Shown here in pieces: positions 30,903 through 41,647 of a stretch of DNA of 64,000 bases. Source of the stretch: Nitrospirota bacterium (GTDB taxonomy: Bacteria; Nitrospirota; UBA9217); NCBI GenBank assembly GCA_963737155.1, contig CAVTRN010000002.1, positions 160,001 through 224,000 of the forward strand, in the 5' to 3' direction. The notes beneath the pieces were generated by a model. That model worked only from the letters and a program-made list of their open reading frames with translations, was not told where the DNA came from and did not search any database. How positions within the stretch are numbered: position 1 is the first letter of the stretch; every line of letters starts with the position of its first letter. Made by a program: the position numbers and the translations under genes.

Positions 30903-32485
30903 GAGCCTGTTGCTCAAATGCCAGCATAGCCGTTTATGATCGCCCATATGGGATAGTGCCAGACTGCAAATGGGGTATCTCTGCGAAGCACACGGCATGA
31001 ATCAGCTGTCGTTTTCGTTCTTTATACTGCCATCTGGGCCGCAATCTCTTTGCCGCTTCGCCAAAGCTTCAAGAGATTGTGCGTCGCGCAGATGAGTTTC
31101 CATTCCTGGGAGCAGGCTTCAATCCCTCGGCGCATGTAGTGCCGGATGCCGCGATTGTCTTTAATCTGGCCAAAGATCGGTTCGACGGTCTGGCCTCGTT
31201 TCTTATAAAGCTCTCTGCCCCGCTTGGTCAGGAGCTTCCTCTCCATCCTCTGCCGGAGTGTCAGGCTTTTTGGTATCCTCCCTTGGGGCGGGGATGATGC
31301 GGCGGCCTCTTTACGTTGCTTCCAGTCTTTCTTGGTTGCGATAAGATGTTCGGGACCGTCGGGAGTGATGGCCGCAAAGTTCTTCTCACTTGCGTAGCCG
31401 GCATCGCTCAGAGATATTTCGATCTTCAGTTCTTTTTGCAGGGCGATCTCGTTTAAGTTCTCCTGGGCCTTCTGGATCATGGGATGCAGCTGGTTGATGT
31501 CGTTTTCCTGGTTCGTGACCTCGGCGGCGATGATGATCTGCTCCTTGGTGACCACGGCCTGGCTGTTGTAGCCCTGAACATATCCGCTTCGGGTTTTCAT
31601 GATCCTGCTGTCCGGATCAGTCATATTGGCCTTCGCTTCCGACGATGGCGTCGGATCAGGCTCCTGAGGTTTGCGGCCCCGTTTCTTGCTGCCGGTTTCA
31701 GCCTCTTGGGCCTGTCGTTCTTCGATCTTTGACTGTTGCTCGGCTGCTGCCTCTGCAGCCTGTTCTTCCAACCGCTTTTTGCACGCGGCAAGGCGGGCTC
31801 TGCGGCTGGTTCGGTCGGCAAGTTCATCAGGAAGTTCGTCGCCCCGTTTGTTTTGGCCGTACTGCCGGTCTTCCTCGGTGTCCTTGGCCTCCGCTTCATC
31901 GAGCATCCTCTTCACTTCCTGCTCGATATGTTCGTACGTGCGGTTGGCTTCCAGGGCTGCGTTAGCCTTTATCTTGCTCCCGTCAAGGGCCACGATGCCG
32001 ACTTTGACGAGCCCGGCTTCCTTGCAGAGCTTGAGCATCTGTTTGAACAGCCCCTCCAGTGCCTGGCCGTTGTCCTTCCGAAATCGGCTGATGGTGCAGT
32101 GGTCCGGAACTTGGTTGGCGGCAATTACCTTGAATCCGATGTCCCGTTCGCAAAGCTTCTCGATCTCACGGGATGATCGGATACCGAGGCTGTAGGCATA
32201 TAACAGCAGGGAGACCATCATTGACGGCTCAAAAGCTGCCTGGCCTTTTCCGTCCTGACGGTATTTTCGGTAGAATGCCGTAAGATCCATTTCTGCCACG
32301 ACGTCAAGGACCATCCAAACAAGGTCCTTGGATGGCAGCCACTCCTGCAAGGTGGGCGGCATGAGATATACTTGATCTCGGTTACAGTCTTTGAAATTGT
32401 AGGCCATCCAGCGTCTCCTTATATGCGTGATGACCAATACTATACTATTCGTATATTAATGTCAAATGATTTATGCAACAGGCTC
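30903..32485 (-). mobile_element. IS1182-family insertion sequence, intact
   Basis: Terminal inverted repeats GAGCCTGTTGC..AAAT / ATTT..GCAACAGGCTC and a 4-bp target duplication ATAA (30899-30902, 32486-32489). Confidence 0.95.
31022..32407 (-). CDS. IS1182-family DDE transposase
   Basis: LLYAY..GI.SSR.IE, PDH.TISRFR, DGSKIKANA, TDPDSRIM, GYN.Q, DAGY and Y..R...VEP.FG.IK motifs. Confidence 0.96.
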   Translation of the reverse strand: MAYNFKDCNRDQVYLMPPTLQEWLPSKDLVWMVLDVVAEMDLTAFYRKYRQDGKGQAAFEPSMMVSLLLYAYSLGIRSSREIEKLCERDIGFKVIAANQVPDHCTISRFRKDNGQALEGLFKQMLKLCKEAGLVKVGIVALDGSKIKANAALEANRTYEHIEQEVKRMLDEAEAKDTEEDRQYGQNKRGDELPDELADRTSRRARLAACKKRLEEQAAEAAAEQQSKIEERQAQEAETGSKKRGRKPQEPDPTPSSEAKANMTDPDSRIMKTRSGYVQGYNSQAVVTKEQIIIAAEVTNQENDINQLHPMIQKAQENLNEIALQKELKIEISLSDAGYASEKNFAAITPDGPEHLIATKKDWKQRKEAAASSPPQGRIPKSLTLRQRMERKLLTKRGRELYKKRGQTVEPIFGQIKDNRGIRHYMRRGIEACSQEWKLICATHNLLKLWRSGKEIAAQMAV

Positions 32486-32869
32486 ATAAAGGGAGAATTT
32501 TCTGAGACCCAACTTCTTCAGGAATTTCCCGACTACTTCCGCCAAATGATCAAAGGTATATGTGAAAGCATCCACACGCGGGCAAGAGCTGTTTCCGAAG
32601 CCGGGATAGTCGGGCGCAATGAGATGAAAGTCGCTGGCAAGTTCCGTCATCAGATCTCTATACATGTGCGACGAAGAGGGAAAGCCGTGTAAAAGGACAA
32701 TTACCGGGCTCTTGGATGGCCCAGCTTCGCGATAGAATATGTCTACATCCTCAATTTTGACCGTGTTATAGGTTGCCATAAATTCTCCCTTTCTGAAAGG
32801 GAATTTCCCCCCATGACGGTTTGCTGTTGTTCGGCCAACTGAGTGCCAAGAACGTTGCGAGTACACTGC

Positions 32870-33352
32870 TCATAATCTATTTTCCGCAAGCGTAGATTGT
32901 CCCAGGCCTCTGCATACTTCACCAGGCGCCTTGTTTACAACCAACCAGCAAAGCTTAAGCTGTTTCACGGCTTCGACCAACCCGTCAAACCCCACTGGCT
33001 TTTGAATGTAACTGTTCACGCCCAGCTGGTAGCTCTCCACCCGGTCTTTGTCCTCTGTTGATGAGGTCAGAACAACGACCGGCAGATCTGTCGTTCTGGG
33101 GTCCGCACGTATGCGGTGCAACACTTCTATCCCGTCCATTTTAGGCATTCGGAGACCGAGCAGCACAATCTCCGGCATCTGGTTGATACCCCGTCCCGCG
33201 TACTTTCCTTTGCCGAAAAGATAATCGAGCGCTTCTTCCCCATCCTCCGCCACGATTACATCGTTTAATATATTGTTCTTCTTGATGGCGTGCAGGGTCA
33301 GGACCACATCGTCATCATTGTCTTCCACCAAAAGTATGATCCTGTTCTCCAT
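32870..33352 (-). CDS. Single-domain receiver (Rcp1-like) lacking the phospho-acceptor Asp
   Basis: LLVEDNDDD...VLLGLRMPKMDG...VVLTSS...GVNSYIQKP; G stands where D is expected. Confidence 0.88.
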   Translation of the reverse strand: MENRIILLVEDNDDDVVLTLHAIKKNNILNDVIVAEDGEEALDYLFGKGKYAGRGINQMPEIVLLGLRMPKMDGIEVLHRIRADPRTTDLPVVVLTSSTEDKDRVESYQLGVNSYIQKPVGFDGLVEAVKQLKLCWLVVNKAPGEVCRGLGQSTLAENRL

Positions 33353-33971
33353 AGCGTTTTCCTTCACCCGTTCATTCTTACATAAGGCTTCCGTGCCTTA
33401 AATGTCTTTCATTACAAGGTGATCTTAAATCAAAAGAACCTTCAGAAATTCTGAACCATGCTTTTAAAATGAAACAATACAAATTTTCTCCTGTTTATAT
33501 ATATTGTAGCACGTGATAAGTCATAATAATATGAGCGAACAACATTCTAGCCGAAGCTAACTGCTTGTAAAATAAATATATCATGGCACGGTTGTCAATT
33601 ATTTCCTTTTTGGGTCCTCACAACCAGTTTAGACGGATTATTAGCCACTCTGCCGGCGGACTGGGATCATGAGAGGAAGTAAAAGCGTGCGTTACCGATT
33701 CCTTTATTGCAGTGTGAAGTAGAAGGTTGCGCCTTTGTTCACCTCACTCTCGGCACAAATAAGGCCATATTATACTGGTAGTGTGAAATACTGAAGATTG
33801 GAACGCATATCCGCGTAATACATGGATTATTTTCTTTACTAGCAAGGGGATAGAATCTATAATTATGCCGTAATTTTTTAAAGTTCTCTCAGAATAGGCA
33901 TTAGTGAAACAGACGGGTGGATTGGGGTCTATCGACCACTGACCTGTTAATAGCCGCGGAGGAAATATAAA

Positions 33972-36900
33972 TTGCATCCCGATCTCGATGACAGGCTTAT
34001 CCTTAAGCGCATATCAACATGGAGCCTCTCCGTAACATTGGGTATCAGCGTTGTATCTTTGCTGGCTTGGGTATCCGGTTTGCTGATTATAGCCAAGTTA
34101 GGTCATAATTACATTCCTATAGCTCCGAGTACTGCAGAGTGTTTCATCGTCCTAAGCGGTTCACTGCTCCTGTACGTTCGTCATCCAGAATACCCTTTTG
34201 CTCGGATGGCAGTACTATCTGGTGCAGGTCTCACGCTTTTGATTTGTTCAGTTCTCTTATTAGCTTTTTTTTGCGGGACGAGTACTGATATTGAACAATT
34301 AGGATTTACCTTCTCTGCCCAGCATGCAGCGTTCCCACTGGGTCGTATGTCCCCATTAACAGCAGCGGACTTCGTTGCGGCATCATCAGGCATTATATGT
34401 TTAGTCTTATCCACCAAAGGGAAGCGATATATGAAACAAGTCGCGGATTTTTTCGCGGCTATAGTGGGTTTTGTAGGGTTCACCATCAGCCTCGGTTATC
34501 TATACGGAACGCCTTTCCTGTACGGGGGAAACATAATACCGGTGGCCCTCCCCACCGCGATAACTTTCATACTTGTTGGCGTGGGTCTTTTAACCGCCTC
34601 CGAACCCGATGCGTCGGCTGTCGGCGTTTTCATGGGGCCAACAGTCCACAGCAGGCTGCTGCGGTCATTTCTGCCCACCATAATCGCATTGGTCCTGATT
34701 GACGACATCTTCTTGAAAATGACAATGTTTTCATCGAGCAATCCCGCGCTGATATCAGCATTGACCTCCCTCCTCTCCATCATTGTTTTTGGCGTTATTG
34801 TATCGAAAATCGCTTCATCGATCGGCGGTGAAATAGACCAGGTGCATAAGGAACGGGACAGGGCTGAAGCGGAGCTCAGGATCAGTGAGAAAAAATATCG
34901 TAATATATTTTCAAACGTCCAGGATGTCTTTTATCTGACGGACTTACAAGGGAACATTCTTGATATCAGTCCTTCTGTATTCAAATACTCCGGCTACACG
35001 CGTAAGGAGTTGCTGGGAAAATCGACTGGAAATTTCTACCATAATCCGCAAGATAGGGCTGTTATGCTGGATACACTCCAAAAAACCGGGGAGATCGTTG
35101 ATTTTGAGGTCCGAATGAAGTCAAAAGACGACCGGTTAGTAGTAGTTTCTGTAAATTCGCATTTATTATACGACGAATCTGGAAAACCCACTGGTATCGA
35201 AGGCTCTTTAAGAGACATCACCAGGCGTAAAACAATTGAGAGAAAGATTCAGAAATACTCTGATGACCTAGAACAATTACTATCTATTTCGCGCGAGATG
35301 ACATCTACAATAAATCTGAAGAAATTAAAGCGCTTTGCCATACTTGCATCAAAGGAGCTTCTACGACTGGACTTCTCAACGATGATGCTCCTCTCTGAAG
35401 ATACGACTCGAATGACATTTGAGGATTGCATAGGCTTTCCAGAAAGCATGATCGGTCAATTCAGTCGTGTGGAAGGGCAAGGCCTTTCCACCTACGTGAT
35501 AAAAAGTAAGAAATATGACGTGATGACCGACCCCAACGAAGAAAAGCGTTTTGAAGTGCCTGAACTCGTCAACAAATATAATATTCACTCCGCAATCTGC
35601 GTACCCATGATGATAGAGGATAATGTCTTCGGGGTCCTCATCGGGCACACGACTGCAAAACGGGAATTTTCACAAGAAGAAGTGATGCTGTACCAAAGCA
35701 TCGGCAACCAGAGTGCAATTGCAATAAAAAATGCCATGAACCTGGAAGCACTCAGGATAAGCGAAAAGAAGCTTCATGATATTACGTCACATATTGCTGA
35801 GGGACTTTATGTTATGGACCTTAGCAGGCAAATTACTTATATAAACAACGAAGCGCTTCGCCTCCTGGGGTGGACCCTTTCGGAGTTAAATGAAAAAGGG
35901 ATCCACGAACTGGTTCATTCACGAAAAGCGGATGGGACGCCGTATCCGGCCGAAGAATGCGGACTGCTTAGTGTTATCAAGACTGGTAAACGTTATGTGT
36001 CCTCCGACGAGGTGTTTTTGCGCAAAGACGCCGTTGCCTTCCCGGCGTTGGTTGTTTCCAGCCCGATTCTTGAGAACGGCCGAGTCGTGTCAGCCATCGT
36101 AGCGTTCAGAGATATTACGGAACAAAAAAAGAGTGAAGACGCTTTGCGGGAAAGCGAAAAACGGTTTCGCGCCCTCTTTGAAACAATGACAGAAGGAGTC
36201 GCACTTCATGAAATGATCTACAGTAAAAGTGGAGTAGCGACGGATTATCGTATCGTGGCGGTCAATCCGGCTTTTGAAATACATACCGGTTTGTCTGCCG
36301 GTCAAGCAATCGGTTCGCTTGCTAGTACTCTTTACGGAAATACCCCAACATACCTCGCAGAGTATGCCGCCGTAGCGAGCACTGAAAAGCCTCATCGTTT
36401 TGAAACCTTTAATGAGTCCCTGGGAAAGCATTTTCGGATTGAAGCATTTTCTCTCTCTAAGGATAAGTTCGTTACGATCTTCGAGGACATCACCGAACGG
36501 AAAAAAACGAACGATGAACTGAAACGTCTCAATGAGGTCCTTGCTCGTCAAGCGACAACAGATCCGCTGACTGGAATATCCAATCGGGCAAAATTCAGGG
36601 AAATTATGGAAATTGAAATAACTCGGTGCAGGCGGTTCTCACTACCCCTTTCGCTCATTATGTTTGATATCGATCATTTTAAGAAAGTAAACGACACTTA
36701 TGGACACAATACCGGCGATGACGTGCTTAGGGAACTTACGTCACTGGTATCAAAGCCGATACGACAGCATGACCTCTTCGCGCGGTGGGGAGGCGAGGAA
36801 TTTCTGATAATGGTCACAAATACCACAAAAAGCGGTGCAGCGATTTTCGCCGAAAAGCTGCGCCACTCGATTGAAACCTATAATTTCCCCGCGGTCAGCC

Positions 36901-37028
36901 GCGTTACGTGCAGTTTCGGCGTTGGCGAATTTGAAAGAGTCGACACCATCGATTCGTTCGTACAGAAAGTGGATGCAGCCTTGTATCGCGCAAAATCAGC
37001 AGGAAGGAACAGAGTGGAATCCGGCTGA
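33972..37028 (+). CDS. Membrane diguanylate cyclase (TM-PAS-GAF-PAS-PAS-GGDEF)
   Basis: N-terminal TM helices, several DITE/DITR PAS-PAC ends, a GAF domain, TDPLTG.SNR, an RQHD I-site and RWGGEEF. Confidence 0.95.
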   Translation: MHPDLDDRLILKRISTWSLSVTLGISVVSLLAWVSGLLIIAKLGHNYIPIAPSTAECFIVLSGSLLLYVRHPEYPFARMAVLSGAGLTLLICSVLLLAFFCGTSTDIEQLGFTFSAQHAAFPLGRMSPLTAADFVAASSGIICLVLSTKGKRYMKQVADFFAAIVGFVGFTISLGYLYGTPFLYGGNIIPVALPTAITFILVGVGLLTASEPDASAVGVFMGPTVHSRLLRSFLPTIIALVLIDDIFLKMTMFSSSNPALISALTSLLSIIVFGVIVSKIASSIGGEIDQVHKERDRAEAELRISEKKYRNIFSNVQDVFYLTDLQGNILDISPSVFKYSGYTRKELLGKSTGNFYHNPQDRAVMLDTLQKTGEIVDFEVRMKSKDDRLVVVSVNSHLLYDESGKPTGIEGSLRDITRRKTIERKIQKYSDDLEQLLSISREMTSTINLKKLKRFAILASKELLRLDFSTMMLLSEDTTRMTFEDCIGFPESMIGQFSRVEGQGLSTYVIKSKKYDVMTDPNEEKRFEVPELVNKYNIHSAICVPMMIEDNVFGVLIGHTTAKREFSQEEVMLYQSIGNQSAIAIKNAMNLEALRISEKKLHDITSHIAEGLYVMDLSRQITYINNEALRLLGWTLSELNEKGIHELVHSRKADGTPYPAEECGLLSVIKTGKRYVSSDEVFLRKDAVAFPALVVSSPILENGRVVSAIVAFRDITEQKKSEDALRESEKRFRALFETMTEGVALHEMIYSKSGVATDYRIVAVNPAFEIHTGLSAGQAIGSLASTLYGNTPTYLAEYAAVASTEKPHRFETFNESLGKHFRIEAFSLSKDKFVTIFEDITERKKTNDELKRLNEVLARQATTDPLTGISNRAKFREIMEIEITRCRRFSLPLSLIMFDIDHFKKVNDTYGHNTGDDVLRELTSLVSKPIRQHDLFARWGGEEFLIMVTNTTKSGAAIFAEKLRHSIETYNFPAVSRVTCSFGVGEFERVDTIDSFVQKVDAALYRAKSAGRNRVESG

Positions 37029-37319
37029 CACCCTGAAAGGCGCAGTAGTTAAACTTCTGGAAGAAAGACTCATCGCAAAGATCAGGACGATGTCGCGAGG
37101 AAAATAGTTGCTGAAAGAAATCTTTTTCACAAAATGCAATGATGCAAAATGAATTCTACATCTTCGCTAATATTATATGAATCGTTCATGAACTGACGTT
37201 CACAAGGGAAGATGTAAATTAGGCATAGATAGAGTGTTCCGCCATCAATATTCCAGGGCAGTTGTTTTTGATCAAGAGTGCTGCTACACTTGTCAAAAAG
37301 ACCCAAGGAGGATTGACCG

Positions 37320-37882
37320 ATGGACATTGTAGTAGAACGTGGAGCGGGTTTGGATGTACACCAGGAAACGGTAGTCGCAACTATTGATGGAGTGGGTATC
37401 AAAAAAGAGACGCGAACCTTCGGCACGGTAACCAACGAATTGTATCGACTGCGGGACTGGCTCAAGGAGAACGGCATCACCCACGTGGCGATGGAGAGCA
37501 CCGGGATTTACTGGAAACCGGTTTTTAATATTCTGGAAGAGGATTTTGAAGTAGTTTTGGTCAATGCCCGTCACAACCCATGGAAACAAAGCTTTAAGAA
37601 CAACGCTTACGGAATGCGGCTGGGCAGCCTCTCGAAAGAAAGATTGCTACTTTGAAAGCCAAGTACCATAGTTTTGTGGGACGCCGCGGAAAGAAACGAG
37701 CCTTGGTAGCCGTGGGTCATAAGATCCTCATCATGAGTTACGAGATGCTGAAGCACAAAACTCCGTATCGAGAGCTTGGCGCTGATTATCTTGATAAACG
37801 GAAGAAGGATAAGATAACGCGAAGCTATATCAAACGGCTTACCGCATTGGGGTACCAAGTGACTGTAAAACAAGTTGCGTAG
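37320..37882 (+). pseudogene. IS110 transposase with a large internal deletion
   Basis: N-terminus GLDVHQE...VAMESTGIYWKP...VNARH jumps at about 37573 to the C-terminus THGNKALR..L.ECGWAA...RRGKKRALVAVGHKIL. Confidence 0.88.
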
Positions 37883-38677
37883 GAGTTTTATAAGATCTCG
37901 TGATTGAAGTAAGATTTATGTGAGATATAGGTCGAGAGTTACTGGTGGTTACGACCCCGAATATGAAACTGACCAGGCCGGTTCTAAGCACAAAGGAATG
38001 TTGCCACGAGCACGCAGGTGAAATTTTTTATCTCAAACCGGCCACTCATTTATAATCTTGAGCAAATTGCGGGATTGTTGCATCGGGAATAGAACTACAA
38101 AGTGAAGACACATCAAAGACCTCACTGCTAAAAACGGAGAGGCTATGTCCAAGTTGTGTCTTAAGAAGAGGAGGATTTACAGGTGAAACTCGACTTCACC
38201 TACTGATGTGCAATGTCAAATTTAGTGATGTAGGCGAGAAATACAGCTTGAAACATGTATCGTCCTAAAACAGCGACACGGGACAGTTACGATGGCCAAA
38301 AGCCTACCGCGGTTATCCCGGGTCGGCGGGTTTGGAAAGGTTTAAACACAGTTTCTAATGTTTTTTTCACAGTGCATTTTTCTGTGCCTCGTGAAATTAT
38401 GCTCGAACGCGGCCATCTGAGAATGCCATCACTATCCCTTGAATTGCTTTTATTTCGTCTTCAATAGCGCCTTTTTCTTGCCCACGCCACCCGCATAGAA
38501 AACCGAGACAGGGAAACATACTTATCGCATCATCTCTGACAAGATAGACGAAAATCAGAAGAGAAGAGATGCACCCCTTGACTATCCTTTAAATAATATT
38601 AGGGAGGGAATCTTGCCATCACATGCCAATTCATATCGCTCGTCTCTGCTCAATCGAAAGACGAATTGAAATGAAAC

Positions 38678-38710
38678 GGGCCAGGCATCAACGATAGAGA
38701 TACCTGGCCC
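38678..38710 (-). terminator. Terminator-like hairpin downstream of pstS
   Basis: GGGCCAGG.ATC...GAT.CCTGGCCC inverted repeat. Confidence 0.55.
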
Positions 38711-38749
38711 ATATATTTCAAATTGCGGTATTGCTATGCATGCTCTTTA

Positions 38750-39757
38750 CTAGATACCGTTCGACTTCCAGTATGCTCTGATTTTGTTTTGCAGCACTTG
38801 CGGCAGGGGAACGTAAATCAGCTCTTTCGCCTTTGCTGATCCGTTTTGAAAGGCCCAGTCGTAGAATTTTACCACCTTTTTATTCGAGTCTTTTTTCTCC
38901 TTTGCAAGGAGAATGAAGGTCGCGCCTGCAATGGGCCATGCCTTCTTACCCGGGGCATTGGTAAGCATGTAGTAGAAATCATTCTTAGGATCGAACGTGC
39001 CCGTGGCGGCGGCATCTTCAAAAGTCTCCATGTTTGGTTCGACAACAGCGCCCGCTCCGTTCTTCATAAGAGTATAAGCCATATTGTTCTGTTTCGCATA
39101 GGCGAATTCCACATAACCAATCGAGTTTGCCTGCTGCAGAACGTAATTGGCAACGCCTTCGTTGCCCTTACCGCCTATTCCCACGGGCCAGCTCACGGAG
39201 GTGCCGGTCCCGACTTTTTCCTTCCACGTCGGGGAAACCTTGCATAGATAATCCGTAAAGATGGCGGTCGTTCCTGAACCATCGGAGCGATGAACAACGG
39301 TGATCTCGCTCGCCGGAAGGTTGAGGTTGGGGTTCAATCTCTTGATCTTCGGGTCGTTCCAGTTCTTGATCTCTCCTAGGTAGATTTTAGCGACCGCTTC
39401 TGAATCAAGTCTCATCGCTCCTGCTTTTATTCCATGGATATTGACCACGAGGACGTCCGCACCGATCACGGCCGGGAACTGGAACAGGTTGGCCTTGGAA
39501 AGTTCTTCCGGCGTGAGCGGCTTGTCGGAAGCGCCGAAGTCGACAGTCCGCTCTGTGATCTGCCGGATCCCACCGCCGGAGCCGATGGACTGGTAGTTCA
39601 GCTCAATGCCCGCTACCTTGTTGTACTCATTGGCCCATGCGGAATAAACCGGGTAAGGGAAGGTGGCCCCGGCGCCGTTCAGCATCTCAGCAGCCTGCGC
39701 CTGATTGATAGACATCATTCCGATAGCAAGTAGTGCGATTGTTAAAATTAGTTTCAT
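38750..39757 (-). CDS. pstS: Phosphate ABC transporter substrate-binding protein
   Basis: GAGATFP.P.Y..W, YQSIGSGGGI.Q, DFGASD, RSDGSGTT and GKGNEGV motifs; signal peptide. Confidence 0.97.
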   Translation of the reverse strand: MKLILTIALLAIGMMSINQAQAAEMLNGAGATFPYPVYSAWANEYNKVAGIELNYQSIGSGGGIRQITERTVDFGASDKPLTPEELSKANLFQFPAVIGADVLVVNIHGIKAGAMRLDSEAVAKIYLGEIKNWNDPKIKRLNPNLNLPASEITVVHRSDGSGTTAIFTDYLCKVSPTWKEKVGTGTSVSWPVGIGGKGNEGVANYVLQQANSIGYVEFAYAKQNNMAYTLMKNGAGAVVEPNMETFEDAAATGTFDPKNDFYYMLTNAPGKKAWPIAGATFILLAKEKKDSNKKVVKFYDWAFQNGSAKAKELIYVPLPQVLQNKIRAYWKSNGI

Positions 39758-39807
39758 GTGTTTCCTCCTTTTTGTAGTTGGAACAAGTTATAATTTACAC
39801 CTCAACT

Positions 39808-39825
39808 GTTACAGAATTATTACAG
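39808..39825 (-). promoter_or_regulatory. Pho box upstream of pstS
   Basis: Minus strand CTGTAAT-aatt-CTGTAAC, an 11-bp-spaced direct repeat matching the PhoB consensus CTGTCAT-N4-CTGTCAC. Confidence 0.75.
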
Positions 39826-39862
39826 AATGATAGGCTTTTATTAAATGTTTGCCAATGGTCTG

Positions 39863-39946
39863 CCACGCCTATCAACACTTAAGAAGATTGCTCAGGCTCT
39901 GGACGCGGAACTTGTTATAACGCTGAAAGCAAAAAAGACTGCGTAA
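39863..39946 (+). pseudogene. C-terminal fragment of an XRE/HigA-type HTH protein
   Basis: Translates as PRLSTLKKIAQALDAELVITLKAKKTA*; no intact 5' part. Confidence 0.55.
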
Positions 39947-40139
39947 TAGCGTTGAGAAAACGATGATCGATGACCGTTACGGGAACACAGAAAAAAGCTG
40001 AAAGTTGATCTTAGCGCTCTGCCTAGGAGATTGACCTGAGTGGTGATATCGACGTATCAGCCTATTTCGATACAGAGAATGGCGGGATCCTAAGTATTCC
40101 AAAGGAGATTATAGTTGCTCTTGTTCTAAACCCTGCAAA

Positions 40140-40496
40140 TTATACTTTACGTCTAAGAGTTAATGAAAAGTTATGTAATCTCTTATCAAGGGTCCACAAG
40201 GGAACGCCCGTCAATATGGCCGAAGCAAGCAGATGTACGTCAATGTAAGCCAATCCCTTGCCCATAATATGGTGAATCTCGGTAAACTGTATAACCTCAT
40301 CATGCTCCGCAACAAGCGCTGTGGGAAGTGCGCTTAAAAGAGAGAGTATCTGAAATCGATTTTTCAGATTGCCACAGGCGAGTTCACCGACAACAAAGGG
40401 GTGGCAGACGACCTGCCCCTCGATCAATAGGGCATCTAAACCGATTTTCCCTCGCCGGAAATGTTCCAGCCAGACAGACGTATCGACGAGCACCAT
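40140..40496 (-). CDS. vapC: VapC PIN-domain toxin
   Basis: VLVDTSVW...HPFVVGELACG...D.HLLASA...LWT.DKRL pattern. Confidence 0.93.
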   Translation of the reverse strand: MVLVDTSVWLEHFRRGKIGLDALLIEGQVVCHPFVVGELACGNLKNRFQILSLLSALPTALVAEHDEVIQFTEIHHIMGKGLAYIDVHLLASAILTGVPLWTLDKRLHNFSLTLRRKV

Positions 40497-40497
40497 A

Positions 40498-40695
40498 TTA
40501 CCTGCTCGCTGTTCGCCTGCGCGGTATTGTCCTCAACCACTTTTCAGTTCCGCCCAAACTGGAAAGCCTCTTCCCGTTTTCTATCGCGATCAGTGATTCA
40601 AGTCCGCGCCTGACGAGCGATGTTTTTTCGTTGATCCCGGTCAATTTTGAAGCCTTTTCAAGTAATTCGTCCTCGATATTTAGCGTTGTGCGCAT
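40498..40695 (-). CDS. vapB: VapB antitoxin
   Basis: MRTTLNIEDELL.KA..LTG..EKT.LVR.GL..LI...LGG; lies immediately upstream of vapC. Confidence 0.92.
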   Translation of the reverse strand: MRTTLNIEDELLEKASKLTGINEKTSLVRRGLESLIAIENGKRLSSLGGTEKWLRTIPRRRTASR

Positions 40696-40895
40696 ATGTT
40701 TTCCTCTTCCGCCGGCATATGTTTATCTATATGTAATAATATGCATCAATAGTATGCTCTTGTCAAGATGTTTATTGTAGCTTGTAAAGCGTTATACTTG
40801 ACATCCTCTTAAATCAGTCATATATTCGTGAATAGGAGGGCACGTGGGTTTAATGTCCAACGAGTCGTTAGGTTCAAACAGGAAGGAGAAAAGGA

Positions 40896-41336
40896 ATGAA
40901 GATTTCAGAAGTTACTAAAAAGCTGTTATTTGCCAAAAAGCAAAAAGGTTTGAGCTTTGCGGATCTGGAAAAGATTGTTGGCCATGATGAAGTCTGGATC
41001 GCCGCCCTTTTTTATGGCCAAGCAAGAGCCTCACAAGAAGAAGCAACGAGCATAGCAACTGCACTTGATCTTGGATCGGATATTGTCGAGGTGCTCACCG
41101 AGTTCCCCACAAAAGGATTAGGACCTGTAGTGCCTACTGACCCACTCATTTATCGCTTCTATGAAATCATGCAGGTTTATGGGATGCCTTTGAAAGCCGT
41201 GATTAACGAGAAATTCGGTGATGGGATTATGAGCGCTATTGACTTCACCTTAGATGTGGATAAAGAACACGATCCGAAAGGTGATCGGGTACGACTTATC
41301 ATGTCCGGTAAATTCTTGCCTTATAAGAAGTGGTAG
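40896..41336 (+). CDS. cynS: Cyanase (cyanate hydratase)
   Basis: [11 protein letters not shown]...[18 protein letters not shown]...GKFLPY signature. Confidence 0.97.
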   Translation: MKISEVTKKLLFAKKQKGLSFADLEKIVGHDEVWIAALFYGQARASQEEATSIATALDLGSDIVEVLTEFPTKGLGPVVPTDPLIYRFYEIMQVYGMPLKAVINEKFGDGIMSAIDFTLDVDKEHDPKGDRVRLIMSGKFLPYKKW

Positions 41337-41647
41337 AGAGTCGCTTCCTGCAGCCAGAACAAATTACCTGTTTTAAGTCGGGCTAGCTTCTTCGCGGTCG
41401 CACATCGAAGCCAGCCGATTTGGATGCACACAGCAGTCCCGTTTTGTACTTTTTCATGAGAAGTGTAAATGTCAAAAACCAGGTATGTGTCAAAGCAGAA
41501 AGTATACATTCACCCGAGTGTTTTGGGGGTGATGGGGGTTCATGAAAGAGTGTAGGTAACCCCCTGGTTCATTCTTCAGAATTAATTTTTACAGTTTGCC
41601 CCAAATATCTTTAAGTGGTCCCACCACAACAACTCTCCGGAGGCCAT

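Larger units (their letters stand above)
30323..32779 (-). pseudogene. Alpha/beta hydrolase (epoxide hydrolase/dehalogenase-like) interrupted by IS1182
   Basis: N-half (FYREAG...LLHGFPSSSHMYR...APDYPGFG...KFSLY) and C-half (MQDYGGPVG...TGHFALE) rejoin in frame when the IS and one ATAA copy are removed. Confidence 0.93.

Noticed and set aside
40857-40870. 11-mer CCAACGAGTCG shared between the cynS leader and about 62767
   Set aside because: An 11-nt match is expected by chance many times in 64 kb.
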